Below, in pieces: positions 17,344-25,451 of a stretch of 36,260 nucleotides of DNA; the first letter of the stretch is position 1; each line of letters begins with the position of its first letter. This DNA is from a virus. A model generated the notes under the pieces. That model did no database searches. It had not been told where the DNA came from and worked only from the letters and a program-made list of their open reading frames with translations. The position numbers and the translations under genes are program-made. Where the stretch lies: positions 1 to 36,260 of the IMG/VR virus record IMGVR_UViG_3300029207_000009; one strand, given 5' to 3'.

Positions 17344-17782
17344 TGTCCCGCACCTCTTTTAATATCTGATCCAGACGATCAAGCGCATCGTTATTCTCAT
17401 TTTCGCCTGTGATAGATTCTTTTCTCGCTTTGATCAGTTCTGTTTCTGCTTTCTTGTTCTCCAAATCTTCCTCAGCTCTGTTACTCTGTCCGGAATACTG
17501 CGCTACAAACTTCGCAGCCTGTGTATCCCCATCCAATGCAGCCTTAATCTGAGCCATAAGAAGAGCCGATTCCAAAGTACACTCAACTCCAAGTGACTCT
17601 AAAATCGGCTTCCATTCTTCGTTATCTATTTCTGCAGTAAGCAGCAGGTTCAACGTCTTCTGGAAGTTCGCTTTCCTGCGCCTTGCCTGTCCGCTTGCTT
17701 TTCCCGCTATTTTTGCTAACTCCCGGCGTTCCTCCGGAGTTCGATTGTTATTTGCATCTCTTATGTTTTCATAGCCTGCCAC
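17318..17782 (-). CDS. terS: Terminase small subunit
   Basis: 154 aa with a GTG start after GAAGGTGGTGAA. It contains ...RTPEERRELAKIAGKASGQARRRKANF... and overlaps the terL start. Confidence 0.8.
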   Translation of the reverse strand: MAGYENIRDANNNRTPEERRELAKIAGKASGQARRRKANFQKTLNLLLTAEIDNEEWKPILESLGVECTLESALLMAQIKAALDGDTQAAKFVAQYSGQSNRAEEDLENKKAETELIKARKESITGENENNDALDRLDQILKEVRDNAIKQETE

Positions 17783-17812
17783 TTCACCACCTTCAATTCT
17801 GGTTTATTTTTG

Positions 17813-17839
17813 TATTATAAAAGCACCCCGGAGGGTGCC
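17813..17839 (-). terminator. Rho-independent terminator downstream of the moron gene
   Basis: The minus strand reads GCACCC-TCCG-GGGTGC followed by TTTTATAAT. Confidence 0.7.
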
Positions 17840-17898
17840 TTCCCAAAATAATATATGTATCATTTTTTATCATCGCTTTACTAATCGTTTTAATTATT

Positions 17899-18669
17899 TT
17901 AAGTAATTGCAAGATACCCCTCTGCTATTAATCGCTGAGCCACTACCTCCATACTATCACTCTCATCAGCAACGTTAACTGCATAATTAGTTAAAATAGC
18001 GCTTAATAAAATCATCGCTTCTTTATCCGTCTTATTAATCAAACCATAAAGAACGGTTTTTTTATATTCATCTTTTAAAAGTTCTTTTTCATGTTCCCAT
18101 TTCTTTCCCTCATGATGTTCTATTTCAAACGAAATATCGTTTAATTCTTGGACCAAAATACTATCTAACTCTCTTTGCCATTTTTGTATATCCGGTGCAA
18201 GCAATAAGCCAAATGGATACAAATCATTCTCTGTGTATTCCAAATACTTAAGAAATTCCATAAATTGCATAACATATTTTTCTGCATAAAGCAAATACGC
18301 TGAAACTCGTCGGCTAAGCCAAGTATCCTCATATTTTCTTATTTCATACAATTTATTCAAAAATTCTCCCAATTTTTTTCTATCTTCTACAATAGTCATA
18401 TAAATTGTCCAATCTTCTTTTGGATTGTTGCTTTTCACATTAAACAGCTCTGGATGTACAATATTTACATCTTCTATTATATTTGCTTCTTGTTCTAATT
18501 TAATTACCTTTTTTATCGCATTTATTTTATCTTTTGCCAACTCTGTATTAAGCTCTATTTTTTTCTGGTTTTTCAATCCCCAATTAGGGAAAATTGATTT
18601 TGCCACTGCCACAATCCCTCCGCTGCCAATTACAAATGTTGCAATTCCAATTATATACTCTACTTTCAT
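17899..18669 (-). CDS. AT-rich moron encoding a single-pass membrane protein of unknown function (256 aa)
   Basis: Start moved to MKVEYIIGIATFVIGSGGIVAVAK (ATG 18669, SD GGAGGAAAAT). It has an N-terminal TM helix and a Lys/Glu-rich helical remainder. It looks clearly AT-richer than its neighbours by eye. It has its own promoter and flanking terminators. Confidence 0.75.
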   Translation of the reverse strand: MKVEYIIGIATFVIGSGGIVAVAKSIFPNWGLKNQKKIELNTELAKDKINAIKKVIKLEQEANIIEDVNIVHPELFNVKSNNPKEDWTIYMTIVEDRKKLGEFLNKLYEIRKYEDTWLSRRVSAYLLYAEKYVMQFMEFLKYLEYTENDLYPFGLLLAPDIQKWQRELDSILVQELNDISFEIEHHEGKKWEHEKELLKDEYKKTVLYGLINKTDKEAMILLSAILTNYAVNVADESDSMEVVAQRLIAEGYLAIT

Positions 18670-18700
18670 ATTTTCCTCCACACTAACAAAACCTATCTTC

Positions 18701-18729
18701 ATAATATCCCATTTCTCGACATTACGCAA
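18701..18729 (-). promoter_or_regulatory. SigA-type promoter of the moron
   Basis: The minus strand reads TTGCGT, a 17-nt spacer, then TATTAT. The -35 is at 18729..18724 and the -10 at 18706..18701, about 30 nt upstream of the SD. Confidence 0.6.
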
Positions 18730-18730
18730 C

Positions 18731-18760
18731 GAAAAAGACACCCGGCATCACCAGGTGTCC
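18731..18760 (-). terminator. Rho-independent terminator after the late-activator gene
   Basis: The minus strand reads GACACCTGG-TGATG-CCGGGTGTC, a 9-bp stem with one G-U pair, followed by TTTTTCGTT. Confidence 0.75.
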
Positions 18761-18856
18761 TCTCTCGGTTGTGTTAGGTTGGGGGAATAATCAAATGACT
18801 ATCATATGTCTTTTCATCATGTCCAGTATAATAATAACATAGTCAAAATATGAATG

Positions 18857-19276
18857 TTATGAATGTTTCAAAATATCTTTAATAACCTTTGACACCATAG
18901 ACTGTGTATATCCAACGCTCTCCCCAACTTCTTTCTGCGTCATCCCATCCAAGAATACCATTTCAAATATATCCTTGGCCGTTCCATCAGGCATTACGGC
19001 TATGTACTTCTCTACTTTATCATTCTCCCGGATCAGCTGATCTTTTCTCTTCTCCTTCTCATAGATCCGCATCTTCAATGCAGTTGCTGCCTTTGGCTCT
19101 TCCACTCTAACCTGTACATGCTCCTCGATGTAAGGAAAATCATCCGAACTCTTTGTGACCTTTCCCGATACAACCGGTACTGCGTCCAGTCTTTCCTGAA
19201 GCTTGGCAATGATTCCATCCAGATTCTCAATATCCCGCTTATTCTTCTTGTATTTACTTAGCTGCTCTCTGTTCAT
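18857..19276 (-). CDS. Late-gene transcriptional activator candidate (sigma-70 region-4-like HTH, DUF1492/ArpU/RinA-like position)
   Basis: 139 aa. The C-terminal ...FLDGMTQKEVGESVGYTQSMVSKVIKDIL is an r4-type HTH. It is the last regulatory gene before the packaging module. Confidence 0.7.
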   Translation of the reverse strand: MNREQLSKYKKNKRDIENLDGIIAKLQERLDAVPVVSGKVTKSSDDFPYIEEHVQVRVEEPKAATALKMRIYEKEKRKDQLIRENDKVEKYIAVMPDGTAKDIFEMVFLDGMTQKEVGESVGYTQSMVSKVIKDILKHS

Positions 19277-19508
19277 TATACTCCCGCCTTACTCTTTCCT
19301 GAATCCCTTTAATCAGCACTTCTCCATCCATATCGCTGTACGTCTCAATGCCTTTACGAAAAAACAGCTCGCATTCGATTTTAGTATGAATTGCATTCGT
19401 GTCCTTTGGATGTCGCCTTAGCCTGATCAATGCCCGCCGGTAATCATCCGCTGCCAGCTTTACAACTGCTGCTTTTAAGTTTTCATAGCACTCGACATAT
19501 TCACTCAT
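19254..19508 (-). CDS. Hypothetical protein (84 aa)
   Basis: The ORF is tightly packed in an operon, with short overlaps on both sides. Confidence 0.6.
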   Translation of the reverse strand: MSEYVECYENLKAAVVKLAADDYRRALIRLRRHPKDTNAIHTKIECELFFRKGIETYSDMDGEVLIKGIQERVRREYNEQRAAK

Positions 19509-19686
19509 CGCCGGTCACCTCTTTTATGTCTACTCCCATCTTCCGCAAGTAATCCTCCACCGAATAACTCTGATAAGCTGGTGTATGGAATTTCTCACTT
19601 GCCTTCGCATCATGACTTTCTTCCAACTCCTTATAGTGTTGCTGGCTATCCAGCTTTACCTGTCTTCTGTCTCTTCCTCTGTTCAA
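19501..19686 (-). CDS. Hypothetical protein (61 aa)
   Basis: The ORF is tightly packed in an operon. Confidence 0.5.
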   Translation of the reverse strand: MNRGRDRRQVKLDSQQHYKELEESHDAKASEKFHTPAYQSYSVEDYLRKMGVDIKEVTGDE

Positions 19687-20049
19687 TCATTTCTCAGCTC
19701 CTTCGTCGTTTTGTTTGTATGTTTCCGGCAATGGCATCCACGCATTGACAAATATTCCATAGCTTGAATATGGTTTTTCATCATCTCCCGGATAGAATGT
19801 ACCGCCTTCATCATTTTCTTCATATCTTGCGATATCTGGCATTGTTGCATTCTCAAATGATACCAATATGTAACTTTCATCCTCCGGCAATCTCTCACTG
19901 TACGGAATCCATTCGCCAGGGACATTTGCGTCCTTAGCATCTTCCCTGTCCTCATACATCGCCAGTCTATCCACCAGCTCCTGTTTCTTATTCGGGGACC
20001 AGTACCCTCGCTTTATACCGTTCTCTCTTTTATGTGTTAATCTCTCCAT
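19687..20049 (-). CDS. DUF551-like phage protein
   Basis: 120 aa. The pattern ...EWIPYSERLPEDESYILVSF...GIFVNAWMPLPETY resembles the DUF551 W-x-x-x-x-x-LP...W-M-P-L-P signature. Confidence 0.6.
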   Translation of the reverse strand: MERLTHKRENGIKRGYWSPNKKQELVDRLAMYEDREDAKDANVPGEWIPYSERLPEDESYILVSFENATMPDIARYEENDEGGTFYPGDDEKPYSSYGIFVNAWMPLPETYKQNDEGAEK

Positions 20050-20052
20050 GAT

Positions 20053-20700
20053 CTATTCCTCCACATCCTTCATTTTCATCCGCGCACCTTTCTCATACTT
20101 CGTGCATTCCTCTACCTTACATCCACGACTGTGGTTCATAAGTCCGGCATAATCACAGCTATTCACTGTCGGCCGGTTGCTCCGGAACTTACAAGTCTTG
20201 CACAGGTGCCGGTCTGAATTGTCTACCGGTTCCTTTTCTTTCTTCCGGAATCTCGCTGCATGATACCCGACTGTTCCGAACGGGATACCGGTCTGATCAG
20301 CGATCTCACGATTGGTATATCCTTCCTCTACCAGTTTCCGGATCTTCTCTTTCTTATCTTCGATATTGTCCGCCGGAAGATCTATCGTTTCTTCTTCCAT
20401 CCTTTCCTCCGGCTCCGTTGGGGGGGTAATACCTTCCTGTGTTTCATGCACTGCCCGAATGATTTCTTCCGGATCTACCTGATCAGCTTCTGTCATCCCC
20501 TGCACAGCCTGTTCAAAATCCGGATTTATGACTGCCGGCACATCTACCAGAAAATCAAGATCTTTAAAAAGTTCCTCAAACGGAAATGTATCGTATCCTG
20601 ATTTTCCATTTTTCCCAACTGAAGCTCTGTCAAGTACGATGACCTCTTTTCCCTTCCGGTAATAATCTATTGCTTTTTCAAAGTCAATTCCTGTAAACAT
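20053..20700 (-). CDS. HTH (LuxR/sigma r4-like) protein with a Cys-rich C-terminus
   Basis: 215 aa. It has ...EEGYTNREIADQTGIPFGTVGYHAARF... as an HTH. The C-terminus is CKTCKF...SCDY...GCKVEEC. Confidence 0.65.
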   Translation of the reverse strand: MFTGIDFEKAIDYYRKGKEVIVLDRASVGKNGKSGYDTFPFEELFKDLDFLVDVPAVINPDFEQAVQGMTEADQVDPEEIIRAVHETQEGITPPTEPEERMEEETIDLPADNIEDKKEKIRKLVEEGYTNREIADQTGIPFGTVGYHAARFRKKEKEPVDNSDRHLCKTCKFRSNRPTVNSCDYAGLMNHSRGCKVEECTKYEKGARMKMKDVEE

Positions 20701-22128
20701 TTATTTCGCCCCTTTCTGCAGATTCTTCAGGAATTCCACCAAGTAAGTCTCACTGTTTTCGTTATGCACATACTGTTGATCGAATGTCTTTTCTTTTCCG
20801 TAGTACTTTTTATTCTTTTCCAGCAAGTGGAAATAATGACTATCTTCTACTTCACCTGAATTCCAGTAATACTTTCTCTTTGGGTATTCAGCTACCACCA
20901 ATCTACTGCCATCCTCGAAATCATATTTGTAATAATTCACATCAATGCGATCATCGTGATACCACAATCCCCAGTCTTTGTAATTTCTGAGCCATTCCTT
21001 CCGTTGATCATTATTCTTGAGTTTTGGAAGTTCTGGCTGTTTCGGTTCTTCTGGTGGATTCATCACTGTATCCAGATCGTGAATATATCCGGCCAATGCC
21101 GCAACTAATATCTTCTGTTTCCGGAGCCTGATATCATTTTGACCGAATTCTTTCTCAGCCATCTTCAGATATGTCTGAGCTTTCTGATTTTCTTCCCTGG
21201 CAATATCGATATCGGTTTTCTCAGATACTTCTTCGTACAACTCCGGCTCTGGCTCTACCTCTTTCTCCACAGGATCTGATGGAATCCTCTCTTCAACTTC
21301 CAGCGTTTTCTCTTCCGGAACTTCCACCTTCTCCTGTTTGTGCAAGTTCTTATAATGATTCCAACACTTCGCACATTCTTTCTGTCCTTCATGCTGATCT
21401 TCACGAGATGTCCCCCAGTTCTGCCTTGGACAAGTACCTTGATCTGGCGGACAATCCATATTCACATTCTCAACTGACGGTTGCTGTTTATCCTGTGCGA
21501 CGTCGCACGCATCATCAAGCCATCCGCACCTGCTATTGCAATTCTGATTACATTCCAAACAACAGCTATAGTTCTCTGAACAATATGCAGCTGCTCCACA
21601 TATTCCACTTCTACTTTTTCCGGTGATACATTTTTCAGGGCCATGTTCCTCTTCTGGCAGAATCTCCGGATAGTCCTCCAGGCACATCTGCCCTGACACT
21701 TGCTCCGGAATCTGTTCTTCAATTTCTTCCGGTTCAAGATTTGGTGTACGTATCCTACGAATTTCTCTTGCCGTCATATCTGGCTTTACTTCTTCCATCT
21801 GCTTATCATCCAGATACAACATTTCCTGCAGCTGACTTTTCCCAAAGCTTATATATTCTTCTGACAGTATCGGTGTATTACCATTCTTGGAGAACCTGTC
21901 GTTCATTGCCATCCATCTGGATGCTGTTGATCTTTTGATACCGTAATTATCTTCTGCAAATTCCCATATTGATTTATATCCATCTTCCAGAAATAAGCTT
22001 TTATCTCTGATCAGCTTCAGGTAGAATCCTATTGCCACAAAATCTCTCGACATGTTCTGCAGCTTCTCCTTGATGATATCTTTCGTTTCTGTATAATTAA
22101 GTTTTTCGTACCACCTAATTTCCTCCAT
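20701..22128 (-). CDS. Replication-module protein with a ParB/DUF3102-like N-terminus, a central Cys-rich region and an unknown C-terminal domain
   Basis: Start at MEEIRWYEK (ATG 22128). The N-terminus FVAIGFYLKLIRDKSLFLEDGYKSIWEFAEDNYGIKRSTASRWMAMN is HTH-like. The centre is CITGKSRSGICGAAAYCSENYSCCLECNQNCNSRCGW... Confidence 0.65.
   Translation of the reverse strand: MEEIRWYEKLNYTETKDIIKEKLQNMSRDFVAIGFYLKLIRDKSLFLEDGYKSIWEFAEDNYGIKRSTASRWMAMNDRFSKNGNTPILSEEYISFGKSQLQEMLYLDDKQMEEVKPDMTAREIRRIRTPNLEPEEIEEQIPEQVSGQMCLEDYPEILPEEEHGPEKCITGKSRSGICGAAAYCSENYSCCLECNQNCNSRCGWLDDACDVAQDKQQPSVENVNMDCPPDQGTCPRQNWGTSREDQHEGQKECAKCWNHYKNLHKQEKVEVPEEKTLEVEERIPSDPVEKEVEPEPELYEEVSEKTDIDIAREENQKAQTYLKMAEKEFGQNDIRLRKQKILVAALAGYIHDLDTVMNPPEEPKQPELPKLKNNDQRKEWLRNYKDWGLWYHDDRIDVNYYKYDFEDGSRLVVAEYPKRKYYWNSGEVEDSHYFHLLEKNKKYYGKEKTFDQQYVHNENSETYLVEFLKNLQKGAK
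21494..21509. repeat. Palindrome TGTGCGACGTCGCACG (14-nt perfect core GTGCGACGTCGCAC), copy 2 of 3, inside coding sequence
   Basis: Read directly. It encodes ...DACDVAQ... of the 20701..22128 gene. Confidence 0.9.
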
Positions 22129-22342
22129 CTTTCTTTTCCCTTTCCCACATATCGTGCAAAGTCTGTACACGGATTGCTATCCATAACACCAGATCAATCA
22201 CATCGCACTGTCTTCCATATTTCTCAATCACAGCATCCTTTGCTTCGTTGAACTGCCTCATGTCATGTGATTTTGTGTAATCTCTGTATAACTTCCAACA
22301 ATCGTTGTACATTGCTGTGACTCGCTTATCATATTCTTCCAT
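22115..22342 (-). CDS. Hypothetical protein (75 aa)
   Basis: It is the first ORF downstream of the origin region and overlaps the next gene's start. Confidence 0.55.
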   Translation of the reverse strand: MEEYDKRVTAMYNDCWKLYRDYTKSHDMRQFNEAKDAVIEKYGRQCDVIDLVLWIAIRVQTLHDMWEREKKDGGN

Positions 22343-22355
22343 ATTCCACTCCTTT

Positions 22356-22566
22356 GTTACCGAATGTTACCGTTTTGAGTGCTCGTTACCAAAACACGGA
22401 AACCGTTATAAGCCTTGAAAACACTGTGTTTTCTGGACTTTTCGCCGTTCGGTTACCAAGTTACCACACATTTTCCCATGTAGGAGAACTTATTTTTCTC
22501 ACTTTCACATATTTTTATCTTACCTATAAGGGTAAAAATTGACTGGTAACTTGGGTAACGGGTAAC
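22356..22566. repeat. Putative origin of replication: GTTACC iterons in inverted blocks flanking an AT-rich stretch
   Basis: GTTACC occurs at 22356, 22366, 22385, 22452 and 22460. The inverse GGTAAC occurs at 22545, 22554 and 22561. Degenerate copies include CTTACC at 22519 and GGTAAA at 22531. An AT-rich segment of about 60 nt lies between the blocks. The region abuts the helicase gene. Confidence 0.7.
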
Positions 22567-22567
22567 T

Positions 22568-24436
22568 TTATTTGAATGGCAACTCCTCCTGCTCATACAT
22601 TTCCATCGTCTCTACTGACTCAAATCCATCCTCATCCAGATTCTCATTCAGCTTCAGGAACACGCATCTTACAGGATTCCCGCCTACCTTTTTCACCTTT
22701 GTCATTCGTCCGCCCTGTGTTTCAATCAGACCTTTCCGGTCCGCCCATGACAGGAATGCTTTGTCAGAAAATCCACCATTTTTACACAGATCCTTGAATG
22801 CCTGATTGTAAATAATAGCTCTTCCTTCTTCCAGAATTCCCCACTGCTCAACTTTGTTTTCCGCATCAAATTTCTGCTCATTCATTGCAATCTTATCTTT
22901 CAAATACCGGTAGCAGCGTTCATTATCACTAAGATCGTTCCTGTTGATCAGAACGGTTTTTGCCTGCTTGATCGTGATATATTCTCCGTCCCGGAACAAA
23001 TAATCCGTTGCTACTTTATCTGCAGTAAGAAGGATTGCCAACGACAAGCTCTGCTTCTGCATTGCCTCATCATCCTTAAGCTCTTTCTGAAATTCTTTCT
23101 GCATCCGCTGCAGTTCTTCCTTGCCAATGCTTTTCAATGCTTCTATGTAGCGTTTTCCTGCCAAACCATAATTTTTCTTTACAAGCTCTGCAGTCTCTTG
23201 TGGATCTTCATAAACATTATCCTTGCATTCAACTTCCAGAATACGGTTAATTGCACCGCCCTGGGATACATATGAATTCAGTGGACGTTCTCCATTGGTC
23301 AGGATACAATTCCGCCACCGGTTCTCCCGGTTAATACCAAGTTCTTTGTTTGATCGGCTCTTTCCTTTTCCGGAACACATGTCGTATACCATGCCTTCAA
23401 AATTATCCCGAATCCGGCTACTGGTTTTACTGGTATCATCCAGGATCATTGGCAGATGGTTTAGCATATCTGCCTTTGCTTCCAGTGCTACTTCCGTTGT
23501 TTTAAAATCTCCGATATACGCTGATTCATCAGGATTTGCCCAGATTGATGCAGCAACCATAAGTGATACTGTTTTACCGCCTTCGGTTTCGCCCCAGAGA
23601 TCTACAATAAACGGCAATCCGCCCAGGAGACTGACTAAGACGCTTGCAAAAGATGCAGCCATCATGAATTTTATTTCTAACCGCCCGGACTTCCGGAGCT
23701 TCTGCATATGGCTCTGCCAGATTTCCCAGTTTCCACGCTCTGATACACTGTCATAGGTCTGACGGAACCGCTGATCTCCATCAAACACAATCTCTGTGTC
23801 ATAAGGAATAAAATCATTCTGGATCCAACCAAGCTTACTGGTGGAGTATTGAACCTTGATATGGCTGTCGTTCATATTCTCCACATCTGACAGAAAACGT
23901 ACCAATAGCTTTGCATTTTCCGATGTAACAGAAATGCCTCTTCCTGAAAGAGCTACGATCTTGCTGGCAGATGTCACCATTGTTTTAGGGACAATAATCT
24001 CATCCCATCGTCCATTTCGCTTATATGCGATTTTAATCTGCTCTTCGCCAGTCTCTAAATTCTTCATACGCTCCACTGGTAATATTGGATGATAACAGGC
24101 AACTGCATCTACCTGACTGTCATTTTGGGCATATACTCCATCTTCTCCAGCAATCCATGCTCCGCAGAACATGTTATTGTATGGTCCTTCAAAATTCGTC
24201 CACTTATCCAACATAGCTATCGGCTTCTTACGCTCCCGCTGCTTTGCCTCCCGGTCCACCTTTTTATAAGCTTTTAACAACTCTTCGAACTTCTTCTTTA
24301 CTCCAAGCTCTGCAGCACGATCTGTAAGCGAAAGGATCATTCGAGCCTTCATTATCTCGTCTTCCTGATCGAATATCTCTAAAAAGATATCCTCTGCCAA
24401 TATGCTTTTACTATCCAGCCTTGCTAAAGGCTCCAT
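22568..24436 (-). CDS. Replicative helicase candidate, DUF927 / SF3-type P-loop NTPase
   Basis: 622 aa. Walker A-like DLWGETEGGKT and Walker B-like PMILDD. Its overall layout is like DUF927 primase-helicase proteins. The C-terminus is ...YEQEELPFK. Confidence 0.75.
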   Translation of the reverse strand: MEPLARLDSKSILAEDIFLEIFDQEDEIMKARMILSLTDRAAELGVKKKFEELLKAYKKVDREAKQRERKKPIAMLDKWTNFEGPYNNMFCGAWIAGEDGVYAQNDSQVDAVACYHPILPVERMKNLETGEEQIKIAYKRNGRWDEIIVPKTMVTSASKIVALSGRGISVTSENAKLLVRFLSDVENMNDSHIKVQYSTSKLGWIQNDFIPYDTEIVFDGDQRFRQTYDSVSERGNWEIWQSHMQKLRKSGRLEIKFMMAASFASVLVSLLGGLPFIVDLWGETEGGKTVSLMVAASIWANPDESAYIGDFKTTEVALEAKADMLNHLPMILDDTSKTSSRIRDNFEGMVYDMCSGKGKSRSNKELGINRENRWRNCILTNGERPLNSYVSQGGAINRILEVECKDNVYEDPQETAELVKKNYGLAGKRYIEALKSIGKEELQRMQKEFQKELKDDEAMQKQSLSLAILLTADKVATDYLFRDGEYITIKQAKTVLINRNDLSDNERCYRYLKDKIAMNEQKFDAENKVEQWGILEEGRAIIYNQAFKDLCKNGGFSDKAFLSWADRKGLIETQGGRMTKVKKVGGNPVRCVFLKLNENLDEDGFESVETMEMYEQEELPFK

Positions 24437-24440
24437 ATGA

Positions 24441-24923
24441 TCACCTTCTCTCTTCTAATATTTCCGCATGATATAATTCAAGCTGCAGTGCATTGTAACA
24501 ATCACACCACGCATCCGATAATGGCTCTGACCGGTCAAGAAACTTCCGGTATATTGCTATCAGATCATTATTTAGCTTTCGTTTTTGCCGGAATCTTTCT
24601 TCCTGCTTTTCCCGCATCAGCTTCTCTTTCTTTGCATGATACACGGCCAGGGATGACTTGAAAGATGGATCGTATCCCCCGCCTAGCATCCGGAAAGCTT
24701 CCTTAAATGAAATACCATAAAACATCTCAGCAAAAGTAAAGATATCTCCATTTGCTCCACACCCGAAGCAGTTAAAGTCTTTATCATAGATCTTCATGGA
24801 AGCTTCCCGATCGCCTTTGTGAAACGGACACTGAATAAAGCCTGACCGGTTCGGCTGTGGAAGTCCACATTTATTTAAAATGTCCCGCATACTGTATGTT
24901 TGTTTAATCTCCTCACTGGTCAT
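24441..24923 (-). CDS. CHC2 zinc-finger protein (DnaG-type zinc-binding domain only)
   Basis: 160 aa. CPFHKGDREASMKIYDKDFNCFGCGANGDIF matches the zf-CHC2 pattern. No TOPRIM region is evident. Confidence 0.8.
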   Translation of the reverse strand: MTSEEIKQTYSMRDILNKCGLPQPNRSGFIQCPFHKGDREASMKIYDKDFNCFGCGANGDIFTFAEMFYGISFKEAFRMLGGGYDPSFKSSLAVYHAKKEKLMREKQEERFRQKRKLNNDLIAIYRKFLDRSEPLSDAWCDCYNALQLELYHAEILEERR

Positions 24924-25440
24924 CTGGGGTCACCGCCCCCCCCCCTGAGAGGATCCGCATTATTTCTTTGCCGGTATCTTTTTTCTCACAGAATTCAAAT
25001 CGGACATTGTATCGATCACGAATGGTACACAAGGATTTGTACAGCTGATTCCCATCAACCGCCTTAGCTGATACCACATACTTCTCTCGCTTACCATTCA
25101 CCATGCGCCACCGGACTTCATGCTTCCTGGGATTCTCCCAGAACCACACATCTTCCAGACTCTTGATATCTGGACCATGCTCCACCAAAATCACAAGCTG
25201 TATCCCTGCATTGATTGCCTTCAGAAGCTCTCTCTTGAATCGTTCATGCTGCTGGCAGACATTTCCGCATAATTCCTGCAGATTCTGCTTCCGATCGATG
25301 ATGAGCCTGGGGTTATCCAGACTCATATAATCGCCGACTAATAACTTACTCGAGAAATGCTTTACGTCGTTATCATCAAATGTCTTAATGATTTTACGAA
25401 TAGCTCGCTGCTTTTCTCTTGTATCAATTTGTATATCCAC
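24913..25440 (-). CDS. ERCC4/Mus81-type nuclease domain protein
   Basis: 175 aa. IDTREK...LLVGDYMS...LIIDRKQNLQELCGN resembles the ERCC4 GDx(n)ERKx3D motif, here with DRK in place of ERK. Confidence 0.7.
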   Translation of the reverse strand: MDIQIDTREKQRAIRKIIKTFDDNDVKHFSSKLLVGDYMSLDNPRLIIDRKQNLQELCGNVCQQHERFKRELLKAINAGIQLVILVEHGPDIKSLEDVWFWENPRKHEVRWRMVNGKREKYVVSAKAVDGNQLYKSLCTIRDRYNVRFEFCEKKDTGKEIMRILSGGGAVTPDDQ

Positions 25441-25451
25441 TTACATCACTC

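Noticed and set aside
19683-19955. 90-aa minus-strand ORF overlapping the DUF551-like gene in another frame
   Set aside because: The 19687..20049 frame carries the DUF551-like W..LP...WMPLP pattern and fits the operon spacing. The alternative frame is Met/Arg/Lys-rich and has no SD.
21462-21737. 91-aa minus-strand alternative frame inside the Cys-rich replication gene
   Set aside because: It is nested entirely inside the longer 20701..22128 ORF, and nothing independently supports it.
22354-22542. 62-aa plus-strand ORF within the origin region
   Set aside because: The region is better explained as iterons plus an AT-rich core. There is no SD, and it would be the only plus-strand gene within about 29 kb.
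22356-22566. Whether the GTTACC repeat cluster could be a mini-CRISPR array
   Set aside because: The repeats are only 6 nt long and irregularly spaced at 7-67 nt. They occur in both orientations, and no cas genes are present. The pattern fits iterons, not CRISPR.
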